DNA from: a bacterium
Lineage (GTDB): Bacteria; Patescibacteriota; UBA1384; VFKW01
Reading direction: 5' to 3'
Assembly (NCBI GenBank): GCA_030647355.1
Contig: JAUSIS010000004.1
Coordinates: 68,066-132,065 of the forward strand
Length of the DNA stretch: 64,000 nucleotides
Positions 8,857-18,074 of this stretch are shown one piece after another. The translations under genes were made by a program, and so were the position numbers. Positions within the stretch are counted from its first letter, which is position 1; every line of letters begins with the position of its first letter. Below the pieces are notes generated by a model. The model ran no database searches. It was not told the origin of the DNA and saw only the letters and a list, made by a program, of their open reading frames with translations.

Positions 8857-10086
8857 ATGTATAATAATGTAATGCCGAGACCCCACAGGGGGCTAAGAAA
8901 CCGTGGGAAAACTTCTTCTCTAAGCAGCTCTCCCTTTTATTCTTCAAACGCAAATCGGGGAAGAAATAACTCAAGGCGACAAAGCGGTGAGAAAATTGAT
9001 ATCTCGAGATTTATTCAAAAAGCCTCGGATCAAACCAATGCAGTCGCAGAAGAAATCGTAAATTCTTTTGCTGATTTTGGATTTGTTTCGGAACTGGAGA
9101 GAAATTTAAAGGTTAAAAATTATTCTATTCCAACTCCAATCCAAGACCAATCAATCAATCATATTTTGGAAGGGCGGGATATAATCGCCTTAGCCAATAC
9201 CGGCACCGGTAAAACCGGCGCATTCTTACTGCCGATGATAAACAAAGCTTTCAAAGACAATGACCAAAAGGTTTTAATTATCACACCTACACGAGAATTA
9301 GCTTTGCAGATTGCAGATGAATTTCATTGCTTCTCATTTGGGATGAGGATTTTTTCCGCCTTATGCATCGGTGGTACACCGATCGGTAAGCAAATAGCAA
9401 ATTTGAGACGAAATCCGCAATTTGTAATCGGAACACCCGGAAGGTTGCAAGATTTACATAAAAGAAACTTAATTAATTACAATCAATTTCAAAATATCGT
9501 GCTGGATGAAGTAGATCGCATGTTAGATATGGGTTTTATCAGCGAAATTAGAGATATTTTGAGCCAATTTCCTAAAGTTCGACAATCGTTGTTTTTCTCA
9601 GCGACTATGCCCCCAAAAATTAGAGCTCTTGCTGAAGAATTTTTGCAATATCCCATCACGGTTTCCATCAATGCCGGGAAAACAGCCCAAAATGTTGAGC
9701 AGGATATTATAAGAGTGGGTGAGGGTGAAAAATTTGACAAGCTCCAAAATATATTGTCCCAGCCGGATTTCCAAAAAGTGCTCATCTTCAGCGAAACCAA
9801 GCACGGCGTGGAAAAATTGAAAACAAATCTGGTAAATAGCGGTTTCAGCGCTGAATCTATCCATGGTGATAAGCGCCAAGGACAAAGACAGCGCGCCTTA
9901 AATCAGTTCAAAAACAATGAAGTTACTATCCTTGTAGCAACGGACGTTGCGGCTCGCGGACTTGATATTAAAGATATTTCTCACGTAATCAATTACACAA
10001 TTCCCGAGACTTATGACGATTATATACACAGAATTGGAAGAACCGGCCGCGCTAACAAAACTGGCATAGCTCTGACCTTTGTCTAA
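8857..10086 (+). CDS. DEAD-box ATP-dependent RNA helicase (DEVD variant of motif II) with Arg/Ser-rich N-terminal extension
   Basis: ANTGTGKT, DEVD, SAT and HRIGRTGR motifs. RBS AAGGAAAG. A roughly 150-nt 5' leader follows a TTGACT promoter. Confidence 0.85.
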   Translation: MYNNVMPRPHRGLRNRGKTSSLSSSPFYSSNANRGRNNSRRQSGEKIDISRFIQKASDQTNAVAEEIVNSFADFGFVSELERNLKVKNYSIPTPIQDQSINHILEGRDIIALANTGTGKTGAFLLPMINKAFKDNDQKVLIITPTRELALQIADEFHCFSFGMRIFSALCIGGTPIGKQIANLRRNPQFVIGTPGRLQDLHKRNLINYNQFQNIVLDEVDRMLDMGFISEIRDILSQFPKVRQSLFFSATMPPKIRALAEEFLQYPITVSINAGKTAQNVEQDIIRVGEGEKFDKLQNILSQPDFQKVLIFSETKHGVEKLKTNLVNSGFSAESIHGDKRQGQRQRALNQFKNNEVTILVATDVAARGLDIKDISHVINYTIPETYDDYIHRIGRTGRANKTGIALTFV

Positions 10087-10100
10087 TTCTCTCGCCATTT

Positions 10101-10134
10101 AAAATAACGGGCATACAAGCCCGTTATTTTAAAA
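10101..10134 (+). terminator. rho-independent terminator (12-bp perfect stem AAAATAACGGGC/GCCCGTTATTTT plus T-run)
   Basis: Perfect inverted repeat directly after the helicase stop. Confidence 0.6.
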
Positions 10135-10477
10135 TTGGCTCCTCCTTTCGGTTCAGTACAAGGATATAAGGTAAAAGTAGTGTTTTGTCCGACTGCCGGG
10201 GGCAAAAATGATACACAATGATACACTATATAAAAAAGGGATGTACCGTTTTTGAGAACAAACCGAACAAAAAACGGACTATTCTAAGACTATGGGAAAG
10301 ATAAATGCTGTTCTATTCAATAATTCCTTTTTCTCGCAAGAATTGGTCAGGGTCCTCGATATCGTGATCTAGAAGGAGTGTAAAACAGTAGCCAAGAGCT
10401 TCTTCGAACTCCATATTTTCAAGTTCCGCACAGTCCTCTTCTGATAGAGTTTCCCGACAAGCTTTTGCCAAGTCTGC

Positions 10478-10834
10478 TTAAGTCGGCTCAGTTTCTGATT
10501 GCGACTCAGTGGCTAAATCACCCAGGTCATCGGGAAATAGAATAAACGTTTGTCCCTCACTGACATTTTCGAAATCCTCGGTTACCACCGTCCCCTCTGC
10601 GTTCACATACTCAATATATCCTAGGATTTCTTGGCCTTCGGGATCAATGACAATGGCTTGATTGTTCGCAGAAGATCTTTCTATAGGCTCTTGTCTAGCT
10701 CGAAACCATTGTAGATCATCAAATCGGAAATCAATTGGATCTATCTCGCCAGCCTCTCTTCTCCTAGCTAGCTCTTGAACAGGATCTACCTTAGCTTCGT
10801 TTACTTCATGTTCTTCATGGTCTTCGAGTCCCAT
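10478..10834 (-). CDS. acidic hypothetical protein (118 aa)
   Basis: GGGAGGAA RBS 4 nt before the ATG at 10834. The upstream ATG in the track ORF overlaps the divergent gene and lacks an RBS. The ORF continues in frame past its TAA stop (see findings). Confidence 0.45.
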   Translation of the reverse strand: MGLEDHEEHEVNEAKVDPVQELARRREAGEIDPIDFRFDDLQWFRARQEPIERSSANNQAIVIDPEGQEILGYIEYVNAEGTVVTEDFENVSEGQTFILFPDDLGDLATESQSETEPT

Positions 10835-10948
10835 AGCTTCCTCCCTTACCTTACTTAGCCCTAGTCTATCACTTTTGAGTTTTAATTTCATTACTTGAGA
10901 TTTCTGATAGAGATTGAATAAAAGGAGTTTTGTCGGTAAGATAAGAAT

Positions 10949-11581
10949 ATGAAGACTTCGTGTTGGGAAAAATATTACGGTAAGATGCCGCTTGATCAAA
11001 TTCCATGGCAAAGAACCCGAGCCGATTGGTTTAAGCACTCGGTTGATTCGGGCGTTGTTAAGGGAAAAACCGCCTTAGACTTGGGATGTGGAACGGGTAA
11101 AAAAAGTATTTATTTGGCTCAAAACGGATTTGAAAAAGTGATCGGGGTAGATATCTCCCCGAGTGCGATAAAATACGCAAAGGAAAACGCGAATAAAGAT
11201 AAAACCAAAAATAATACTGAATTTTTTGTTCATGACGTTACAAACCTTGCTTTTTTAGGAGATCAAAAGTTTGATTTTATACTGGACTGGGCCGTTCTAC
11301 ATTGCATAGAAGAAGATAAAAGAGAAGATTATATCAGCCAAATAGTTGAGCACAGCAATAAAGAAAGTTTATTTATGCTCAGGGTATTCAGTGATTCTAA
11401 TACCGGCAAAGATTATTTTATCGACACGATTGACGAAGAAACTAGCAAGGTATCATTATTTAATAGAGATTTGATAGATAAGCTTTTTGTTGATTATTTT
11501 ACAATCATTGAGCACAACCGTAGCCAACCGAGAACCAAAGATAACTTATGCTTTATCGAATTTTTAATGCGGAAAAAATGA
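10949..11581 (+). CDS. class I SAM-dependent methyltransferase (TehB/TPMT-like)
   Basis: Motif I LDLGCGTGKKSIYLAQNGF. Acidic motif II VIGVDIS. Confidence 0.7.
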   Translation: MKTSCWEKYYGKMPLDQIPWQRTRADWFKHSVDSGVVKGKTALDLGCGTGKKSIYLAQNGFEKVIGVDISPSAIKYAKENANKDKTKNNTEFFVHDVTNLAFLGDQKFDFILDWAVLHCIEEDKREDYISQIVEHSNKESLFMLRVFSDSNTGKDYFIDTIDEETSKVSLFNRDLIDKLFVDYFTIIEHNRSQPRTKDNLCFIEFLMRKK

Positions 11582-11591
11582 GAATTAAGCA

Positions 11592-12131
11592 ATGAAATAT
11601 AAAGGAATAATACTAACAATTTTTGGGGTATTGGCTGCTGTGTTGCTTGCCAAACAGCCTGGTTTTCATGATTTTATTACCTCGCTTTCCGTGCTGGGGT
11701 ATCTGGGGGCAGTATTGGTTGGAGTATTTTTTGTCTCTACCTTCACGGTGGCCACTGCTATTGTCGCTCTATTTTACCTTGCCCAAGTGCAAAATCCGTT
11801 CCTTATTGCTCTTGCGGCAGGCTTCGGTGCCTTGCTTGGCGATCTTTTAATATTTCGCTTTGTCAGAGATACTCTTTGCGAAGAGCTGGGCTCGCTAATT
11901 AATAAAATTCCCTATTTTAGAAAAAGACATTTAGCTAAACTTATTCATAACAAACATCTTGCCTGGTTCTTACCGGCTCTCGGCGCCATGATCATCGCCT
12001 CACCCTTTCCAGACGAAATAGGCATTTCCCTAATGGGGATAGCTAAAGTAAGTCCCGCTCGTTTTGCCCTGATTAGTTATTGTTTAAATTCCTTTGGGAT
12101 ATTAGCCCTATTATTAATAGCCGGATATTAA
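11592..12131 (+). CDS. polytopic membrane protein, function unknown
   Basis: 4-5 predicted TM helices. Tightly follows the methyltransferase gene. Confidence 0.5.
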   Translation: MKYKGIILTIFGVLAAVLLAKQPGFHDFITSLSVLGYLGAVLVGVFFVSTFTVATAIVALFYLAQVQNPFLIALAAGFGALLGDLLIFRFVRDTLCEELGSLINKIPYFRKRHLAKLIHNKHLAWFLPALGAMIIASPFPDEIGISLMGIAKVSPARFALISYCLNSFGILALLLIAGY

Positions 12132-12452
12132 CTCTCTATATAAAGCTTTCTATCCTTCAGGTAAATAGTCGTCTTAAGCCAAACCGCAAAGACGAAAGTT
12201 GAAATCCGAGACTACGCCAAGTATGTACTCAAAAACGGCACCCGAGAAGAAAAACGAGAACTACTGAGTTGCCTAAAGACCAAATTATACCTTAAGGGAC
12301 AAAAGGTTTATTCGATGGATTAAAGGCTGGTTCGAGTCCGATTCCCGTCAAGCCGAAATAACAAAAAAGAGCGCCTTTTCAGCGTTCCTCTTTGTTTTGG
12401 GCGAACCTGCAAACCTTGACGGGGGTCGGTCGCCAGGAACCCAAAGTCCTTG

Positions 12453-12524
12453 CTCCGGCGGCTGGATTCGAACCAGCAACATGCTGCTTAACAGGCAGCC
12501 GCTCTACCGTTGAGCTACACCGGA
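12453..12524 (-). tRNA. tRNA-Asn (anticodon GUU)
   Basis: Cloverleaf by hand. Acceptor UCCGGUG/CGCCGGA, D stem GCUC/GAGC, anticodon stem GCUGC/GCAGC with loop CUGUUAA, T arm GCUGG-UUCGAAU-CCAGC. U1-A72 as in E. coli tRNA-Asn. Confidence 0.85.
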
Positions 12525-12654
12525 ATATTGATTAACAAAAATATTGTACCATTTTTTACTAACCCTGTAAATAATATGCACAGCAGCCATTTGGCAAATA
12601 TCTATAAATTTAGTATGATTTAGTTAGATTGTTATTTCTCGTATCGGGAGGGGT

Positions 12655-13233
12655 ATGTCTCGTAAACCTAATATTAAGATTGGGGTATCGGGTTCGGCAA
12701 TAAATAATTGCGCTCCCGGCGCTTACAAGAAAGCGACAGAGATTGGTAGGGCGATAGCCAGAAACGGCGCTGTTTGTGTAACCGGTGATACAACCGGAGT
12801 GCCACTCTATGCCGCCAGAGGGTCGCACAGAGCCGGCGGTATCACTGTTGGTGTTTCTCCGGCCCATAGCCAAGAAGATCATGAGAGGCATTATCATCTC
12901 CCCTTAAATGATATGGATCTGGTTATTTATACCGGCTTTGCTTATTCTGGAAGAAATCTACTTTTTATACGCGCCTGCGATGCAGTTATTTTCATTTGCG
13001 GCCGGATTGGTACTCTAAACGAGTTTACTATTGCTTTTGAAGATAAGAAACCGATTGGTATTTTGACTAAGACGGGTGGGATTATTGAAGAAATAGAGCA
13101 AATTTTAGAAGTTTCGCATCGCGGTCGGCGGAAAATAGTTTTTGATGAAAATCCGGTTAAGTTAGTTGAACGATTGATTGATCTGGTAAGCGAAGAGCAT
13201 AGACATCACTACCACTCAAGGCAAGGAGAATGA
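12655..13233 (+). CDS. LOG/TIGR00725-family Rossmann-fold protein (SLOG-type)
   Basis: GRIGTLNEF (GGxGTxxE-like) motif. Typical length. 4-nt overlap with the downstream RNase gene. Confidence 0.6.
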   Translation: MSRKPNIKIGVSGSAINNCAPGAYKKATEIGRAIARNGAVCVTGDTTGVPLYAARGSHRAGGITVGVSPAHSQEDHERHYHLPLNDMDLVIYTGFAYSGRNLLFIRACDAVIFICGRIGTLNEFTIAFEDKKPIGILTKTGGIIEEIEQILEVSHRGRRKIVFDENPVKLVERLIDLVSEEHRHHYHSRQGE

Positions 13234-14606
13234 TGGATCTGAAATTTTATGGTGCCGTACAAGAGGTAACCGGCTCTAATATTTTAGTTGAAGCCAGTAA
13301 CACACGTCTTTTGGTGGATTGCGGTGTTTTTCAGGGCAGAAAGATGATAGAGGATAGAAATTATGAACCATTTCCTTATGATGCTCACTCAATAAAAGTA
13401 GTTCTTCTGACACATGCCCACCTTGATCACTGCGGCAGATTGCCGAAACTCTACCATGCGGGATTTAGAGGAAAAATTTTTGCAACAGCGGCGACACTCG
13501 ATCTGACTTTAATGTCTCTTAACGATAGTGCGGATATCATTGAGGAAGAGGCACTAGAAAACGGGCGTTTGCCATATTATACAAAAGATGACGTAGCAAA
13601 TCTGACTTCCTTATTCCAGCCAGTCGAGTATGATCAGACGATTGAAGTATTACCTGGTATCAAAGCTTGTTTTCGCGAAGCAGGGCACATCCTTGGCTCG
13701 GCGAGTATTGAATTATTCGCTGACGGGGAAAAAATAGTTTTCTCTGGAGATTTGGGTAACCATCCTGTGCCGATTCTACGCCCGCCGGCTACGATAGATT
13801 CGGCTGATTATGTTGTTATGGAATCTACTTATGGACATGATTTCCATGGCGATCTATCCAGCAGGCGCAAGTATCTACAGGATGCAGTTGACTATATAAT
13901 TAAACACCGAGGGGTATTGATGATCCCTGCTTTTGCCATTCAGAGGACACAAGAAATATTATACGAGTTAGATACTTTAATCGAGGAAGGTAAGATACCG
14001 GCTGATATTCCAATATATGTTGACAGCCCGCTGGCAATCGAGGCAACGGAAATTTTTAGTAAATATCCAAATTATTATAACGATCAAGCAAAAAAGATAA
14101 TCAGGTCGGGTGATGATTTTTTACATTTTAAGTCGTTGAAATTTACACCCAAGGTAGAAGATTCTAAAGCAATTAACTTTGTTGACCCGCCAAAAATTGT
14201 GATTGCAGGAAGCGGAATGATAACTGCCGGACGAATTACCCATCATATAAGGCGATATATATCAGATGAGAGAAATTATTTACTGATAGTAGGTTTTCAA
14301 GTCGCGGGAACAATGGGGCGGAGATTGATGGATGGAGAGAAACAGATAGGAATTTTTCATGAAAAACATATAGTACGGGCGAAAGTCGAAGTCGCCACCT
14401 GCTTTTCTGCTCATGCTGACCAAAAACAGCTCATAGAGTGGCTCTCAAATATTAAGGGTGTGAAAAAAGTGTATCTCAATCATGGAGAGAAAGAAAATAT
14501 CGAAGCACTCTCGGTAGTTGTTCAAAAGCAGCTTAATTTGACTACGGAAATCCCTCAGATGCCAATGACAAAACCAACACCGCCACAGGTAGTGGCAACA
14601 GCATAA
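13230..14606 (+). CDS. MBL-fold metallo-hydrolase, beta-CASP ribonuclease (RNase J/CPSF-like)
   Basis: HAHLDHCGRLP motif. MBL motifs plus a beta-CASP and RNA-specificity C-terminal region. Confidence 0.8.
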   Translation: MMDLKFYGAVQEVTGSNILVEASNTRLLVDCGVFQGRKMIEDRNYEPFPYDAHSIKVVLLTHAHLDHCGRLPKLYHAGFRGKIFATAATLDLTLMSLNDSADIIEEEALENGRLPYYTKDDVANLTSLFQPVEYDQTIEVLPGIKACFREAGHILGSASIELFADGEKIVFSGDLGNHPVPILRPPATIDSADYVVMESTYGHDFHGDLSSRRKYLQDAVDYIIKHRGVLMIPAFAIQRTQEILYELDTLIEEGKIPADIPIYVDSPLAIEATEIFSKYPNYYNDQAKKIIRSGDDFLHFKSLKFTPKVEDSKAINFVDPPKIVIAGSGMITAGRITHHIRRYISDERNYLLIVGFQVAGTMGRRLMDGEKQIGIFHEKHIVRAKVEVATCFSAHADQKQLIEWLSNIKGVKKVYLNHGEKENIEALSVVVQKQLNLTTEIPQMPMTKPTPPQVVATA

Positions 14607-14782
14607 ATTTGCTCTAACTTATTTAGTATGAGGGGTTATTTTTTTGTATTTGCTGACTTGAAATATACTCTGGGGTAGTATATTGTGGAAAGAGGAGAGT
14701 ATATTGGGGGACAATTTCCAGTAAATCCAAATTACCAATTTCAAATGTCAAAATTTAAAGTTAATTATGTTTGGGAGTAAAT

Positions 14783-15025
14783 ATGGAAGAACGGCAACAA
14801 AAAATTGTCAATCGGCTGCATCGAATTGAAGGCCAAGCCAGAGGAATTGAAAATATGATTCGAGAGCAGAGGGATATTAAGCAAATCGTTCAGCAGCTAG
14901 AGGCGATGCGGTCAGCTACTAACCAGATCATTAGCTATTTAATCGAGAACCGGTTTTGTTCCAAAGATTCTACATTGAGTTCAGACGATATTGCCTACCT
15001 CCGCCGCTTTATCAAGCGTCTTTAG
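14783..15025 (+). CDS. CsoR/RcnR/FrmR-family (DUF156) metal-sensing transcriptional repressor
   Basis: LHRIEGQARGIENMI N-terminal helix signature of the family. GGGAG RBS before the ATG at 14783. Only one Cys, so the ligand set is noncanonical. Confidence 0.65.
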   Translation: MEERQQKIVNRLHRIEGQARGIENMIREQRDIKQIVQQLEAMRSATNQIISYLIENRFCSKDSTLSSDDIAYLRRFIKRL

Positions 15026-15230
15026 GTGGATGAGAGGAGTTCTTTCCCATGCGATCACCAAGGGCTACTAAAAACGTACCTATTACCAACAAGTATAAAC
15101 CAACTATAGGGTCGTTTTGGAAAGGATATGGTGCGAATTCTCCCATAAGAAGCGGAGCGATCATCATGGGGACTCCTAATATTAGACCAACTGCTCCTAT
15201 ACCCTTCAAAATTAACATACAAATTCTCAT
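15012..15230 (-). CDS. small 2-TM membrane protein downstream of the L,D-transpeptidase gene
   Basis: GGGGAGGG RBS. Two hydrophobic helices. Same strand, 22 nt after the upstream gene. Confidence 0.35.
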   Translation of the reverse strand: MRICMLILKGIGAVGLILGVPMMIAPLLMGEFAPYPFQNDPIVGLYLLVIGTFLVALGDRMGKNSSHPPKDA

Positions 15231-15251
15231 ATACCCTCCCCATTTGAATTA

Positions 15252-16817
15252 TTATTTATGGATATAAACCGGGATGCCGACTTCTGCCCAATTATAGACT
15301 TCTTGAGCAGGTCCTACTGATAATCTCACACATCCATGAGACACTGCATAGCCGATGTCGCCAATGCCTTCTTTATAACCAGTCCTCATATCGACTGGCA
15401 GTTCATGGATACCTTGCCAAGCGCCTGTGCGATCTTGGGCGAAAGCCATCCACCACGGCATTATCCACGGAAATGATTTTGGTTTCGGCGCCTTATTTTT
15501 AATTTTAAAGACGCCTTCACGTGTTGGAGTCGACCGTTTGCCAGAGGAAATTCTAAATTCCTTTACTTTATTTTGCCCCTCCCAAAGATACATAGTTTGA
15601 TTGGATAAATTCATCTCAATATACTTGCCCGGATACATGCCGGGTGTAAAGGGTGGTGCCATTGTTTTTGTGGCGAATGGTTTGGTGTCAACTTGCATCG
15701 CGATAGTGCGATTTTCAGAAAAAGCGTTGGCTGACGGAATAGCTATTGATTGGTCGAGTATTGAATTATTAGGGCTATTATTACTTGCCTGCGTAGGTGT
15801 TGGAGTGAAAATGGCTAAGATATCGCTCGCGAGTTTGGTTCTGGCTAGAGACCTTCCATCTTTGCCCTCTTGCATAATACTGCCATCAATGGAGGAAATT
15901 CTTTTCTCAACCGGTTTAATATCTATTTTTTTGGCAATTGATGTTATGTCTTTAGTGACTGCCGCTTGATCAATACTGGGTGTAACTGTACCCGCTTTGG
16001 TTTCAAATTTTAACCATTTTATCATTCGATTTGCTGAAAAAGTATATTTTTTATCTTCAAAAACCAAATATATCGGGCTTTTGATCATTCCTTCAGCTTG
16101 GGTTTTTATAGCTCCTAGATCGGCTTCCTTATTCGAGGGCTCTAAACTTGATGCCTGAAAGGTCAGATGAAGTTCTTTCCAATTACTATCCAGTGCTTTT
16201 TGATTAAGACTGCTATAGAGCATTTTTTCCAAGACAATTTTATCAATTCCCACGCCGTATTCTTCTTTATTTATTACCAGCTGGTCCCCAGATACTGCTA
16301 TAGACGCATCTACTGGATTTTTATTTACTTCTCCAAGAATTTGAGAAAGATTGGAGTTAATTTTTTCTTTTTGGATAGTTAATATGGCAGGTTTTATAGT
16401 CTTTTTCTGGGTAATAATATCCCGAGCTAAGTATAAACCATCTTTAATAATGCTGCGGTTTCTCTGATTTTGAAATGTATCATTTAACACTTCACGCCAT
16501 TGGAAACTAATTCCCAGCTGTTCAAAATTAAAAGTATATTCTTTATCAGCCAGGGTAAGAAATAACTTTTTTTGGTCATCGGAGCCGAATTTCTTTTGTA
16601 GAATCTCTTTGGCTTGGGCTAATTCCATCCTTGACACGTCAACACCAGCAACGACTGTGTTGGGGAAAAAACGAGTTTTAAAATAATAGGCATAGGCTAC
16701 CGGGAAACTAGACAATACTAAAAGGAAAACCGAAATTAGTATGCCGGCAGTTATTTTTACATAATGCATTGTATTGGTTTGTTTTGCTTTTGAACTCACA
16801 ACTTTGCGACCCTCCAA
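15252..16817 (-). CDS. L,D-transpeptidase (YkuD/ErfK catalytic domain) with N-terminal TM anchor and large extracellular region
   Basis: C-terminal SHGCVRLS catalytic motif (His/Cys). Confidence 0.8.
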   Translation of the reverse strand: MEGRKVVSSKAKQTNTMHYVKITAGILISVFLLVLSSFPVAYAYYFKTRFFPNTVVAGVDVSRMELAQAKEILQKKFGSDDQKKLFLTLADKEYTFNFEQLGISFQWREVLNDTFQNQRNRSIIKDGLYLARDIITQKKTIKPAILTIQKEKINSNLSQILGEVNKNPVDASIAVSGDQLVINKEEYGVGIDKIVLEKMLYSSLNQKALDSNWKELHLTFQASSLEPSNKEADLGAIKTQAEGMIKSPIYLVFEDKKYTFSANRMIKWLKFETKAGTVTPSIDQAAVTKDITSIAKKIDIKPVEKRISSIDGSIMQEGKDGRSLARTKLASDILAIFTPTPTQASNNSPNNSILDQSIAIPSANAFSENRTIAMQVDTKPFATKTMAPPFTPGMYPGKYIEMNLSNQTMYLWEGQNKVKEFRISSGKRSTPTREGVFKIKNKAPKPKSFPWIMPWWMAFAQDRTGAWQGIHELPVDMRTGYKEGIGDIGYAVSHGCVRLSVGPAQEVYNWAEVGIPVYIHK

Positions 16818-17047
16818 TAGCTCTTTTTGTATTGTATGGTTTTTTTAAGTTCATCGCAAGTTTAATTCCTCTAGCAAAAAGTACAGGTTTATGTTAAAAT
16901 AATAGGCGTAAAAACGATAGACTTTGGGCGTGTAGTCCCGATGTCCCGACATCAAGTCGGGTATGCGGGATCCCGATCGGCAAAGCCGCATCGGGACTCG
17001 AGGGATAAGCGCTTCGAATATATTCGGAATAAAATAGTGTCCTATGT

Positions 17048-17119
17048 GGGCGTATAGCTCAATGGTAGAGCAACGCTCTTATAAGGCGTCGGTTCCAGGT
17101 TCGAATCCTGGTACGCCCA
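17048..17119 (+). tRNA. tRNA-Ile (anticodon UAU)
   Basis: Acceptor GGGCGUA/UACGCCC, D stem GCUC/GAGC, anticodon stem ACGCU/GGCGU with loop CUUAUAA, T arm CCAGG-UUCGAAU-CCUGG. Confidence 0.8.
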
Positions 17120-17308
17120 CATAGAACGTTCATTGCCGAATATCTGCGCCTAGCGAAGCGGCGCTAGATAAGGAAGATGTCGATGGTCCGAATCCATCCA
17201 CGCCCACTAATTTAAGGAAGATGTCTATAAAGAGATCAGACAGGGAACCCTTTAGGCTTGACAAGGGCTGTTTTTTGTGTTACAATATTATAATTTCAAG
17301 GAGTGGAA

Positions 17309-17881
17309 ATGCGGATCAAAAACATAAAAATCAATATAAAGAAAAGTCAAATAAGAAATATTAAGCGATGGTCTCTGACAGCTTTTGCGATTTCGCTTTT
17401 GTTAACTAGTTTATTTGTTCTCAATGCTTTTGCCAAAACTGAAACTCAAAGTTCAATAATCCTTAAGATGACAAATAAAGAGCGAGCTAGCCGTTCGTTG
17501 GAACCGCTTAGTGAAAATAGGATTTTAGAGAGAGCTGCTTATGCCAAAGCCAGAGATATGTTTGATAACCAGTATTTTGATCATATTTCGCCTCAAGGCA
17601 GAACGCCGTGGTATTTTATCAATGAAGCCGGCTATGATTATGCTTATGCAGGTGAAAATTTGGCGATTGATTTTGATGACATTACTTCTATCCAAACTGC
17701 CTGGATGAATAGTCCTTCTCACAGGGAAAATATTCTTAATTCCAGTTTTAAAGATTTAGGTGTGGTTTCTGTGACCGATCTATATAAAGGTAAGACTACT
17801 ACTATAACTGTGGAGATGTTTGGTAGGACAATGTTTGATACAGTAATTGACAAATTTCTATTGAGTTTTAGTAAAACTTGA
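17309..17881 (+). CDS. CAP (SCP/PR-1/YkwD-like) domain secreted protein
   Basis: GENLA and SPSHRENIL motifs. Signal/TM N-terminus. AAGGAG RBS 5 nt before the ATG at 17309. Confidence 0.75.
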   Translation: MRIKNIKINIKKSQIRNIKRWSLTAFAISLLLTSLFVLNAFAKTETQSSIILKMTNKERASRSLEPLSENRILERAAYAKARDMFDNQYFDHISPQGRTPWYFINEAGYDYAYAGENLAIDFDDITSIQTAWMNSPSHRENILNSSFKDLGVVSVTDLYKGKTTTITVEMFGRTMFDTVIDKFLLSFSKT

Positions 17882-18074
17882 CAATAAGCTAATCCATTAT
17901 AATATTGTCTTAGCTATGGTGTCTCTGTCTTAGAGTTTTATCTAGGGCAATTATTATTTGCACTATGGTTCAAAAATAAATACAAAAACTTGCGGAGGGG
18001 CAGGCATTGTTTGCTGTTAAAATAAACGCTTCGTCCGCAAATATTAAATATATAGGTATACAGGAGGTTAATAA

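Noticed and set aside
8675-8872. 65-aa plus-strand ORF upstream of the DEAD-box helicase
   Set aside because: It lies within the promoter and leader of the helicase gene, has no RBS and overlaps the helicase start.
12290-12360. GGTTCGAGTCC T-loop-like motif considered as a tRNA or tmRNA 3' domain
   Set aside because: No complementary acceptor strand or D or anticodon arms can be formed. The T stem is poorly paired. No tag-peptide reading frame is convincing.
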